In this document: piece by piece, positions 38,880-53,180 of the stretch | How positions within the stretch are numbered: position 1 is the stretch's first letter | Layout: the number at the start of each line of letters is the position of its first letter | NCBI GenBank assembly: GCA_051294375.1 | Contig: CM119271.1 | Span: 7,492,162-7,556,161 of the forward strand | DNA length: 64,000 nucleotides | Reading direction: 5' to 3' | From: Paraspadella gotoi | Taxonomy: Eukaryota; Animalia; Chaetognatha | Made by a program: the position numbers and the translations under genes | Notes under the pieces: model-generated | Databases searched by the model: none | What the model was told of the DNA's origin: nothing | Seen by the model: the letters and a program-made list of their open reading frames with translations, nothing else

Positions 38880-41800
38880 AGAGAGAGAGAGGAGAGAGAG
38901 AGAGAGATGAAGAGCACGAGACAGTGGTGTTACAAGCATTCTGAGTAAAAAGAACCGTTTTTTTAACGTTTTTCCTTCATCTTCTTTTTTCAACAAATGT
39001 TATCTTCGTTTTCGGCTTTGAGAAAGCTTTTCTTTCTTTTTACTTTTAAATTCCCCTTGAAAAGAGACTCTTCGGGAAGAGTGTTGTCTGTCGTTTGTTA
39101 TCATGATTTAATTTACTACTTTTTTTTTAGCTTTTTTTTACTCGCGGATTTTTCTGACAAGAAACGAGAAATAAAACAAATAAAACGGGCGATAAAACGC
39201 GGTCGAGGCATTTTTCCCAAGAGTGAAGTAGTGACCGCGCGGTTGGCAGGACGCGGCAATTTTATTATGTTATTAACGGAGATGGAAACTTTAGTTTATA
39301 AAAAAAATTTAAATATTAAAATTTAATGCAATACGTCCACCCGAGCATAAAAACATAAAGAAAACCGCTAAGTTAAAACGATCCAACTCACACCGGGAAC
39401 ACACCGACGACCGACCTGCTTCAAGGCTTTTGACGCCGCTTTCACCGTCTCAAAGACACGACGGTTTTGATGGCGCAGATTTTCTTGGAACCGCGTTATC
39501 TCCGGTTCCGCCGACGCCAGCAGGGTCGATTCCAGTTCCATGGCCAACGAGGCCGGGCCCGCGCCAACGGATAACGGCGCCAGAGTCGCGCCGCCGCCGA
39601 GGAACCGAAATCCGGCGTCAAAACCGGCGAAGCGAGTGGGCGATGCCGCCAACAGCTGGCGGTGGCAGAGGAGACAATGGAGTGATTAACGACGGAGGAA
39701 TTAGCAGGGAAAAAAGGAAAAAGGAGAAAGAAGAGCAGAAATTTAAGGAAAGTACATAGCGAAGTGGGGAGAGGAGACGTAGGAAGAATCTCCAAATTTA
39801 ACTTAAAGTGGTAAGAAAATTGTTAAGTTTAATGAATTGTCTATTGCCAATATTTTCAACGTATTTTAATAAATTATTAATACATTAAGTCCTTTATATT
39901 ACTATACCTATAGTCATCGGGATAGACGCGTAATATAAAGGATAATGTAGAGATATTAATAATTTATTAAAATACGTTGAAATTTAAAATAATTTAAAAA
40001 CTACGGAGACAATTATTTGTGCATTTAGTCAAACAAAAGTCAAACATCTCCTTACCGAATCCTTGGCCGACGACTCGACAACCACTTTGGGCGACAACTT
40101 CCGCTCGAGATTCTTGACGTTCTTTCGACTCTCATCCAACATCTCGACGGCGACGGTGTGGTCCTGACGAAGTTCTCCCAACTCCTGCGTCAACTCGCGC
40201 TGAGTCTCCCGCGCTGCCAGCAGATGCAGCTGTAGTTCTTCCTTTTCGAGAGCCTGACGCTGCGACGTGAATTAACAAGTTATTTTTAAGAAAAATTTTA
40301 ATAATAGCTTTGACAATATAGATGAAATAGCTCCTTCGCTTTCATTCGCAATTCACAATTGGGGCGTTCACCTTAAGTTCATTGGAACTGTCGCACATCT
40401 GACTAAGCATCGATGTAATGTCTTGCTGTTGATGCAAACACTCTTCGGTCTTGAGCTGAAGTTTTTGCAGCAACTGCGCGTTGCGGCGGTCGCTCTCTCG
40501 AAGCTGCCGCACCACGTCGTCGACGAGAGCCGACTCGCGAGCCTCTGCCTCTTCTTCAGCCAATTCAATCGATGAGGCCGTACTCTTAAAATCAATGATA
40601 ATTTTAAAAATATAAAAAAATATTACAATGAAGCTATTCGCGACAACGTCCATTCAAAGTCAATACCTTTAGTTTTTCGTTTTCTTGTTGCAGTTGTTCA
40701 ATTTTCTTTTGAAGATTATCGACTTTCGCTTTAGAGGCCTCACCGTCTAAGAAAAGAGGGAAAAGACAAACAAAAGTACAACGCACCAATTGAATAATTC
40801 AGTTTAAATGATTGAAATATTTTATTTTTATTTTTGGAAGAAAGCATTCCCACCTTTTCGGCCTTCATCGTCTTTTGGTTTCACGGCATAAAGAGATGTG
40901 AGGTCCTCCACCGAATCGCTGTTCATTTGTTGGTTTAAAACGCGGATTAAATCAGTCTTCATTGACGCTTCGTGACGAAGTTGGGAAACCTTCAATTTAA
41001 CCGGAAATTAAAACACGAGGGTCATTTTCATATTTTACCTTTTTAAATTTATGGTCATTAAACAACGGTAACTAAATAAATTCTGAACGTGTCTTTCAAG
41101 ACCTGCTCTGTCAACGAGTGCACCCGTTCCTCAAGATCCTCGTTGCGAATTCTCTGCTGTTTGTTCTCCTCCAACAGAGACTGTCCGATCCTGGCGGCCA
41201 GTTCCAGGTCTGCCTCCTTTTCGCGCAGCAGCGCCACCATCATTTCGGGATCGGAGTAGGTTTTCGTCATGGCAGACAAGCGGCATCCGCTTTGAAAGAA
41301 AGGAGTTGAAAACAAATAAGGAAAGATTGTGTGCGAAATGAGAATGCTTATGTAGAAAATGCCCCTATATGCCTATAATCGAATGCTTTGAAACATAGAG
41401 ATAAGATTTAGGTAATTTCGAGCGAGTGTAAAATTTATTTATTATTTGGCTCCATTGTTTATGTGTCATCGTTTGTTGATACGGGTTTCTGATTATTTGA
41501 AAAAAAAAATCGATTTGACCACATTAACCTTTCTTATAGAGGCAGGGATGGACATTTCTTTCTTATCTCTGAAATTCTTATTCTTTTTCCTGTCTCTTTT
41601 GAATTTCTTTACCGAAGAATTTCTTGATTATTTTCCCCTGGAATCGAATCGCCACCAAAACAGATTTGGGCGAAAGATAAAAAAAACCAGAGGAAAAACC
41701 TTTTTCCAAAAAAACTAAGAAAGTAAGAAGGAAAAGGGACGTTAACTGAATATTTTGACCAAAAAAGATTAAAAAAAAAAAAGGAAAATGAAATGTTTAC

Positions 41801-42956
41801 TAATAAAAAAGAGAGAACTGAAGAGACAGTAATAATTGTTATGTGTTAGTGACAGAACCGTCCAATATAAGCAGTCCCTGAGCTTCGGATCAGGCGAAGT
41901 GAATGACTTGCCTCCGGCACGGTTGGTGGAATTTAGTCCACCATAGAACCTTATAACGGGTTCAAAGGCCGGTTTAAAATAAAAATTGTCAACGGAGTCC
42001 AAGCAGTCGTAGTGTGGGTCACCTCAAAAGAAAGAAGCCGAGTGTCGCCTCGATCTGCTCCTCGGAAAGATCGAGTCGTCTGCCGATCTCCTCCGTCGAC
42101 AGAACCGGGAATTCCAAGGTGCCCGTCGGATCATCGAAATCTGACGCAGAGGGTGGTGGTGGTGGTGGTGGTGGTGGTGGTGAAGGGATTGAGAAGGGAT
42201 AAGGACAAAAAATGGATGAACGGTTAACCAAGTCGAAATTCTAATTCGAGGATCATTTCGACAACACGGTTTCAGTTAATGTCACGCTTTCGATGCACTT
42301 TTAGTTCATATATTTGTATATTAATATAGTGGACGACAAGTAGTATGCAAAGTTATTCGAGAGTCGACACATTTCATTTCCGAATAAACTATAAAGATAT
42401 AATGAGTTTTTGTTTTCCAGTGAAACGAAATTACATGATTGCGTGAGTCGGATTTTTAGTTGGTGGGAACTCACCGGGATTTATTTTTTTTCTAAATCAT
42501 GAGATTTGAGATATTTCTGTTATAAAAATTATTGATTTAATGAGAGATTGATGGCGATTAAGATTCTCCTTTAACTCACCTCTAAGTTTGTACAAAACCG
42601 GCGAACACTGTTCCTCCACTTCAGTGCGGTTTGGAGTATCTCGGAGTTCCCTCGATAAACCTGCAATCCAGAAATTATTTAGGCTTTTCGATTTTATCAT
42701 CGACGTAATAGACTATAATTTGATAATTGAGTCCAAGATTAACGTATAACACAAACACACACACTCTCTCATCTTTAATATTAATTACCTTAATGGATAA
42801 TTTTTGTTTTGGTTTACTAATTAAACCCATTATAATTTATATCAAATGCTTTACTTTTTCATTGTCTTTTCTCTTCTTCTCACCTCCGGAACAAGTTAAA
42901 TAATTCAGAAGATCATTGCTACAGAATCCTTTTTCGTCCACCAGTTCCAGAGGATT
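30570..42956 (-). CDS. TRAK: Trafficking kinesin-binding protein (TRAK/Milton; HAP1_N plus Milton motifs), multi-exon; start exon not found
   Basis: GT-AG exons: 42884-42956, 42580-42660 (LYKLR), 42023-42140 (LSEEQIEATLGFF), 41103-41289 (MTKTYSD..LLREKEADLELAARIGQSLL), 40854-40989 (VSQLRHE), 40667-40746, 40372-40584, 40056-40259, 39416-39655 (SLAMELE..RVFETVK), 38517-38748, 35765-36505, 35327-35487 (PGVPGSTDLDAAIARI), 34909-35082, 34194-34315, 33413-33550 (LPERLEIVKPLRGSVTLQTWRQLARP), 32191-32316, 31675-31926, then 30741 into the gap. Phases are consistent down to 33550; below that, indel errors and one unresolved junction remain. Confidence 0.92.
39854..39982. mobile_element. About 130-bp hairpin/MITE-like inverted repeat in a TRAK intron
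   Basis: TTTCAACGTATTTTAATAAATTATTAATA pairs with TATTAATAATTTATTAAAATACGTTGAAA; the inner arm CCTTTATATTAC pairs with GTAATATAAAGG. Confidence 0.75.
41819..41945 (-). mobile_element. Solo LTR (internally deleted) of the TRIM family at 54306-54888
   Basis: Same termini (TATGGTGGACTAA...CTGTCTCTTCA on -), flanked by a 4-bp TSD (GAAC on +, 41815-41818 and 41946-41949). Confidence 0.85.
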
Positions 42957-44752
42957 CTGCCGCGAAACGTCTGTCAAATATCATTGATCTTATGAATTGA
43001 AAACATTCTTCGTAATTTGCACATCATCTATTAGTAGTGGCCAATGTCTTCACGAAACTTAAAAAAAACCAATTGTATATTATTTTTTTAGATGGATTGA
43101 AATCAACCTTACTTCAAAACACCGAGTTATTGCTTAAGTGCGACAATTTCGCATAATTCAGAAATTAACTTTATAATCGATGCTAATGAAAATATGTTTT
43201 ACTCATCATGATCATTTCTTGTTAATTTCTTGTTATTTTCTTACCTAAACTCGCTACTGCCGCCTTCTTTTTCCCCCCAGGGTCGCTCGTTTCGGAGATC
43301 GTCGTCGCCGCAGACGCCGTGGGTTGCGATGACACCGGCGTCGACAACGAAGAATCAAGTCCAGAAACCGGACGATCACGTCGACGGCGGCGCTCGGCGG
43401 CGTCGCTTTCGGTCGACGCCAGGATGACGCCGAGTCGAAAACGGCGTCGTCGTGCCGAGAATTTTTGATTTTGAAGAGGATAACGAGATCATGGACGGTT
43501 TTTCACGAATGTTTTATTGCTTTACAATTTTTGTTGATGCTTTAGATTTGCTTTCAAAAGTCTTCTAGCAACTTGGGGTTAAAAATTGAGCTCAAAATAT
43601 AAGGACGGCGGACGCTGCTTCATCGTCCAAGTCCTTCAAAGAAGTGACCTTGCCGACGACCGCCTCATCTACATTCGTCGTCCGAATTGTCTCAAACCCA
43701 GGAGATATAATTCGACGAACTTCGTATGACTCGACGAAGTTTTAACGCAAAAATATTAAAAGAGCGTACTGCGACGTTAGGGAGTTACTGTAGTGTTAGG
43801 GTTTATAGTCCGAAACTACGAAGGCATGAATCAAGTTTTTCATTTGTTGCTCATTTTATAGTTGACGCCCTTGGGAGGTCCGCGCCAGAAGATTTTGAGG
43901 TAATAACAGTCTTCGATAAATAACGAACGCCCGTTCGATATAAGCGATGAATTATCACGGGTCGATGAACCTTTTCTGATCGCACCATAGACGAGAGATG
44001 AGGTCCATACAATTGGCCCAATCGGACGGAGTCGCTCTCCAAAGTCCAACTTTAACCCGGTTTAAGAATTCCCCCCCCCCTTGAATTCATACCTCTTCTT
44101 CTTCGATCCACAGCATACTGGTTGCCCTTGACGTTCGAGATGAGATGATCCAACCAACCCGGTCGTGGAGTTCAAAACCAAACCCGCCGCCCCGATTTCT
44201 GCTATCGCTATCGCTATCGCTATCGAATGAGTAATCGACTTCGTCAAAGCCTTTCGACGTGAGGGCCTTTTATTTTTAGGTCGTCGACTCTATCTCTATC
44301 CTCTCGCTCTCTCGGTGAAAACTGACTCGTCTCTCTCAGCCAATCCGCGTCCACCGCTTTGACTTCTCTTCCCGTTCCCGTCCACTCAACACTTTCGTCT
44401 CTTCTCCGTGGAGATCTATTAAATACGGAGGCCGAAAAGGATGTAATAAAAAAAGGTCGTCTACGTCTCTGTCTCTGTCTTTTCCTGTCACTCTCCGGCT
44501 CAAATCCGCGTACGGTCGTGACCCAACCAGGAGGAACGGGTTTGTCCACTAACTCTCTCCGGAATCCGCCACGAAAGCACGGCTGACTTTTTTTCTCTCT
44601 TTGAATATATGGGAATACGGGGGGTGGAAACGACGGAATTTATCGATTTTTATTACATTTTGTTATTGTCTTCTCTTTTAATAGTGCTTTATCCCTTTTT
44701 ATTGCCTATTAGGGACCCATTTTCTTTAACGTGAACGCCAGGAAAATCCACA

Positions 44753-46141
44753 ATGAAGAAATTCGCAATTTTGATCGGCGTCCTTGGGATTTTCTTGACT
44801 GGTAAGTAACAACGAACCTGTTTTTTATTTCTTTTCTTCACGTTCTAAACTAAAGTTAATTATAGTTTGTATAATTTATTTAAATACTTGAGATAGCTGT
44901 TGTCCAAGTTGACCTTTTTAAACATTTCTAGGCGAATTGACATGGGCGCTATCTTCAAACGGTACTGAGGTTTCTACCCAAGCCCCTACACAACCGCCAA
45001 CGCAAGCGCCTACACAAGCACCAACACAAGCACCCTCGACCGGGACGGCAGCGCCAGTCACGCCTACAACGGCCCCGGCGCCAACGACGGCCCCGCTCCC
45101 TCCCGCAAAGAAGAGAACGTTTGAATTGAAGACGGAAGGAGGAAAGCTCTGTGCCAAACTTGAATTGGCTGGCAGAATCAAAGATCTGAAGGTACAACTC
45201 ATTCTGTTCGTATGGTGAATGGGGGTTCCTCAAACATTAAGTTAAAACTTGATGTTTCGTAAAACTAAACATTGATATAATATGAGTTTAACTATTCAAA
45301 AATTATGATTATTTGAAAATATTATATATTTAAAGTTTAGTCTTTCTCGATTTTTCTTTCCAGCTTTCGGTCGACATTCCCCAGGATGCTAACTACACTG
45401 GCAATTGTAGCAATACATTCACTTTGACTTTCGGCAAAACCGAGATTTCGTTCGATTTCTCCTCGGTATAATCTGTTTGTTTTTTTTTAGATTCGTGCAA
45501 GCAATTCGATCAATCTTTGTTTACTTGTTATTTTACTTAGGACACCCAAGAATGGGAAATTAACGCGATCGACGTGAAGTTCGACGGTAAGATGATCAAA
45601 GTTTAATTTTTACTTTTAACAAAATCAACATCGTCCACGTTTCTCTGACAGGAAAACAATTGGAGTTCCTTTACAACGACACCAAATCGCGCTTGGGAAA
45701 CTGCTACTGGTAATGAATTGCATGCTGATTTTTGGTCAGTTTTTTTACTTTGAAATTTTTGAAAATGTAATGTTTTCTCCGACAGGTGCAACGCCGTCAA
45801 CAAGCTGGAATCGAATGGAGTTGACTTTGAAATTAGTCACTTCAAGTTCCAACCTTTTATGGATCAGTCTAAAGATTCTGATTTTGGACGAGGTGATTTT
45901 AAGAAAGATTAATACTAGATAACTTACATTCCATGGTTTTCATCATGTAGACAGTTTTGTTAATTTTCTTTTACATGATACTTTCCGTTTCCTTTCAGCA
46001 AACCGATGCCGCAAAGACAAGGAGGTGAACAACGTGGTTCCCATCGCCGTTGGCGCGGCTTTGGCGGCGCTTGTTGTAATCGTTCTTATTCTCTACCTGA
46101 TCGGCCGACGAAAGCATCAGAAGGGCTACCAGACCGTCTGA
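44753..46141 (+). CDS. LAMP: Lysosome-associated membrane glycoprotein (single LAMP domain, mucin-like stalk)
   Basis: Seven GT-AG exons: 44753-44801 (signal peptide MKKFAILIGVLGIFLT), 44932-45191 (TQAP repeats), 45364-45465, 45541-45586, 45652-45709, 45786-45892 (FQPF), 45999-46141 (VPIAVGAALAALVVIVLILYLIGRRKHQKGYQTV*, with the GYxxphi lysosomal signal). Confidence 0.95.
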
Positions 46142-46826
46142 GCGAACGGCCCTGTCTGCGCCACGCCGGGTGCACTTGGGCGATCTCTGTGTTAAACTTT
46201 CGTCTTCAAAAATTAAAAAAAACCTGGTGCAAGTTTTTATTTGGAAAAAAAAAATAGCGAGAATTAGAATTTCTGGAGGAATGTGATTTCTTTAACTTTT
46301 TTTTTTATTTACCAGACTTCTATTTTCACTTGTGCCCCTCCTGGAAGTTGGATCTTTTTTACGATATGAATCGCGTAAGACTCTCCTTATTCTACTATAA
46401 AAACGATAGATGGGTTGCGATTCACAATCACTGGTTTTGATAGTCTTTTTTTTAGTTTAGTTCTTTCGCAATTTGTAGCGGCTGGGTCTTTTTTCCGTGC
46501 GCCACTTGAAGCACATTTTAATTAATTTTTAAGTGTTTTGATTATCAAGTTTCGTTAAGTTCATTTTCCGATCTGATTAACTTGAATCTCTTCAACTTAA
46601 CTTATCAAAACAGTTGAAAACATTCGACTTCAAGTAAGATTCCTAAAAACAATTCCACTGTAAATTTGTATTAAATTGTAATTTTTACTGCTCACTGTTT
46701 CGTTAAATAAACCGTTTTATCTTAATAATTGCTTCATTTTTTCTACCGAGTGCATGTACCGTCAAGTGCTGTAATATTAAGGAAGTGCCCCTTTTATTTA
46801 TTTTGATATTTCTAAATATAATAATA

Positions 46827-47746
46827 CATGGTGACAATTTTACAAGCGCCGGTAGAAATATGCTGTCATTTGCAAACCAGTGGTCATTTTATTGATTTTA
46901 AAAATTAGTTGAGTAGAACATATTAAAGTCATTTGTGTTCAAATTTTATATTGATCAGTTAAGATATGCTTTGGCAATGAGTGGAGAAAGTTGGCTTGTA
47001 AAACCGGGTTTCATTTTCCAACTCACTGTTTTTAAATTCTTTTTTTTTTTAACTTTTAGTTATTTTTTAAACAAAGTATTTATTAAGATATTAACATTAT
47101 TAATATCCTCAGAAAGCCCTTTAAAAAATGAAGAGAATGATATACTTATGAAAGCTCTAACATAAAAATTAAGCTGCCCAGCCTTGGTTTAATTAAGAGT
47201 CAAAAGTTAATTATTTAAAATTTTAAATCTTTTTTTAAAATATATGACCTGATTAAATTATTATAACATAAAATATTATTATTTATATAAGTATCATGAA
47301 AGAGCCTAAAAAAAAGATTTAAGATAGCCAATCACAATTTGATAAAAATCTTAAATTTATCCTCCAGCTATTGATTTTTGGAAAGATGTTTTGTTTTTGA
47401 GTATCCTAATTAAATTAAAGCTGGGCCAGTTAAATTTTATACTACAGTATTTGTTTTCAAAAGATAATAATATTAATATTATTTTATTTCAAATTTCTTC
47501 AGAAAACTTATTGAAAGTAAGAAAAAAAAATTGAATTTAAAAAAGTGAGTTAGAAAATGAAACCCGATTTTACAAGCCAACTTTCTCTACTCATTGCCAA
47601 GGCATATCTTAACTGATCAATATAAAATTTGAACACATAAATGACTTTAATATATTCTACTCGACTAATTTTTAAAATTTATGAAATAACCACTGGTTTG
47701 CAAATGACAGCGTATTTCTACCGGCGCTTGTAAAATTGTCACCATG
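46827..47746. mobile_element. 920-bp foldback MITE with TA target-site duplication (Tc1/mariner-type)
   Basis: Termini CATGGTGACAATTTTACAAGCGCCGGTAGAAATA... and its reverse complement; inverted similarity continues several hundred bp inward; TA at 46825-46826 and 47747-47748. Confidence 0.88.
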
Positions 47747-47844
47747 TAGTTGTGGTGTTGCGGTATATTCAGTGAATATTATTCACCGCCTCACGTCCAT
47801 CCATCCCATTGCCATTGGCTAAGACTTCCCTCTGCGTTGGCAAA

Positions 47845-47970
47845 GCGAGACCGTCCTAGGGTAACCGCGCCAGTGACTGGAGGCGTCACTGAGGGTCGGA
47901 AGCCCCCAAAGTCAACAGTGAGGTGCCCCATCCTAATGGGCATCACGGGCAACCCGGCAGTTGCCCTCGT
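47845..47970. repeat. GC-rich multi-hairpin dispersed repeat (inverted partial copy at 9741-9773)
   Basis: GCGAGACCGTCCT(A/C)GGGTAACCGCGCCAGTGAC is shared with the reverse complement of 9741-9773 and is followed by several hairpins. Confidence 0.6.
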
Positions 47971-49062
47971 GGCTTATTTTTACATTCGCCGACGGATTTT
48001 GTCATCTTTTTTTTTCCGTTACCCAAAAATGAAAAGGGTAGAAAATTTTATTATAAATTTTATTTGAAAAATTCCCCGAATAACCCTTAAACCCTAATTA
48101 ACCTTCAATACCCCTAATCCTTAACTACCCAATTGTTAAACGTTTAAAAAAATATATAAAAATAATAAAATCAATTTAAAATAATTATTTGAACAAATAA
48201 TGCGAAATATTCGGAAATATCTTTTTTCAATTAAAGAAAAATGAAATGAAAAAAATTATATAATATATTATTGTGCTAACTGAAACGATATTAGAAGGAA
48301 AACAAAATTCAATGGATTAACAAACTACCGACCGGAGGTAGCTAAGGTTGGTTGCGGACGTCGAATAGTAAAGTTACCCCTTAATTAATTAATATCAGAA
48401 ACTCGTCTGTTTCACGTTTTTTTCATGTCACTGACAGTGTTTGGCTGTCTGAGAGAAGTAGAAAAAATTTAGGCTCGAAGCTAATTTTTTCAAGGTTTGC
48501 CCTTGTAACGTTTGGTAATTAGTGGTTTGATATTTTTTTTATTTTCGCGGTGTGTGTAAAAGGTGACGAAAAACTTGCGACTAAAAATAAAAGGGGCTTA
48601 CTTCATAATGTCATAATGTTCAATTCAGCCTTTTGCATATTTTTCCACGTCCTGTTTATCCTTACTGAAACTGGACTTCTAGCGTTTTTGCAACGGTAAA
48701 CGTTGAACTCTAAACGGTTGTGAAGGGAGAAACTCGGTGGCTGTACCAACAATGATCGAAAATAAAATGACTTAACGGTATTTGCTCGCCTATTGAAGGA
48801 TTTTTCGTTAATCGTGCGGAATTTTAAAAATCCCAATTGTCATGCCTACAAACCGAAGAGTTGTATTCGTCCTTCATTAATTTTATCACTTTTCGTTGAA
48901 GATTATGTTGTGAATTATTCTCGGTTATTTGAAAAAAATATAAACTTTTCCTGCGCTGGGAATAATCGCAAAAAAATATAAATGTATTACCGATCACGAA
49001 ATCTTTTATTAAGTTAAACGAAGGCGCTTGGAATACAAAGTAATGAACAAAAGGGAAAGGGA

Positions 49063-51259
<2,197 letters not shown>

Positions 51260-52245
51260 ATTCTCGATTATTCTTTTTTTAAAGAATTGATGGCTCAACG
51301 CCAAAACGTGACCTAATGCGTATATACGTAAATGCTACGCTTTTTTTACAAAAACAGATTTTCTTTTTTTTTTCTTTGGTTGAAGTGTAATAATATTCTG
51401 ACGATAGATTTATCGAGAGAAATATTTTTGCGTGCTACTCGAGGAGGAAGAAGGAGCCAACTGAGCGAGAGGCCTCTCCGTTACGAATAGAAAAGGGAAT
51501 GGCAAGAGCACAGAGGTGGGCAGCGGATGTCGGACGACTCCGCGACGCCGCGGCGCTGACGCTCCTGGCGCCGCGTTGTCCCTGGCTCTCTCGGAATTAA
51601 TTATGCTGATGAGATGGCGTGCAGATTTTTTGAGAAGATTATGAATAAAGGATCGAGTTTGATTTTTAAAGAACCTAGATAAAGGGAAAAAAACTAGATA
51701 AAGATAGTGGCAGATAAAAGCAAAATAATAGTTTTTAGGAAGACGGAAAGGCTGACGAAAAGATTCAGGAAATCGTATGATATCTAAAGGTCATACATTT
51801 ACAGTAATCAGCCGAGCGTAAGGTTGTCACAGCTTTTGAAAAGAAATTAATAGACAAACATCGACGTTATATTTACGTAGTATCATAATAAATGAATTTT
51901 ATTAATTCTTAGGGTTAATTATCCAATTTTAGGGCTCTCTGTCAGTTTGTCGGTTCGTCGCTTGCTCTCTATTTGAATTGACGATAATGAATAACTCCAG
52001 CCTTTAGCATTCATTCAATCACACACTTTCCTCATTTGGTTCCACAATCCGTTCCAAACCAAGTCAAAAATGTATGCATCCAACAGAATCATGGGACTGG
52101 CAAGGTGGCAACCGTACGAATAATTAAAACAGTATTTCCAAATATTGATTATTAACGACAGTCATCTTTGTGATTTTAATCAGTGATTCAATTCAAATTA
52201 ACTTTTATTATAATTCAGTAAAGATGATTTGATTTGATTGATTTG

Positions 52246-52283
52246 ATTTGATCCTTGGCATCTATAGATGCCAAGGATCAAAT
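52246..52283. repeat. Perfect 38-bp spacerless palindrome
   Basis: ATTTGATCCTTGGCATCTA|TAGATGCCAAGGATCAAAT. Confidence 0.95.
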
Positions 52284-52895
52284 TTAATTAATCGATTGAG
52301 TTTTGTTTTGAAAAGTAGTGGATTTCGAACCCGCTCATCGACCCAAACTTCCACTTCAAAACCAAAAGAGAGGAAAAAAAGAAACATTGATTATCATGCT
52401 TATCAGCCTAATTAATAAAACCTACAAACATTGTATCCTCCAATAACTTCTTGGTGATAATATGAATTGGCTGTTAGTAAACAAGTTACATTATCAAAGA
52501 TCATTGTGTTTCGTGTTTATTGCGTAACCTTAGGATGTCCGCTTTCCGGACTTAATATCCCGTCTTCTTATGACGGAAACACATTAACATGAAACGGCGA
52601 AACCTTCATTGTTAGCATGACAGTTAATCTTTTTTTGTTATTTTTTAATGCCTCCACTTATATAGTACAGAAGCGATACAGAGCTGAACGCCGAATTGAA
52701 ACTTTAGTAATGCTTTCCGAATATGATAATAGCTAATTTAATAACAATTACCAACACGCCAACTGTTGAAGGATTAACGAACGGACGGAATGACATGACT
52801 GACTAATAATTTCTTTGAAATTAGGTTGATATTGCTCTTTTAATTTTCCTCAGTCACGTTACAAAAAAATTAAATAAAAAAACATATAGCATTTT

Positions 52896-53136
52896 TCATT
52901 TAAAATTCAAGTTGATGACGGTTTGGATGAAGTCGTATTCGTCGACGAAGTCCACGACGACGACGTTGACGCCGCCGTCGCCGATCTTCTTGTCGGCGAG
53001 CCACTGCGTCGTCGCCTTCGTCATCGGCAGCGCCAACTTTTTGCGCAGCGACGACAAGACTCCCCAAATTATGTCGTTCGCTTCAGGCGTCAAGACTCCT
53101 TGCGTCACCTGAGTGGGAGAATATGGTTTATATTTT

Positions 53137-53180
<44 letters not shown>

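Noticed and set aside
43245-43492. First coding exon of TRAK
   Set aside because: There is a good AG|GTAAG donor at 43245 but no ATG-initiated open frame reaches it; it may be a 5' UTR exon.
51306-51310. Hypoxia-response element (ACGTG) upstream of DDIT4
   Set aside because: Plausible given REDD1 biology, but a 5-mer this common is not evidence on its own.
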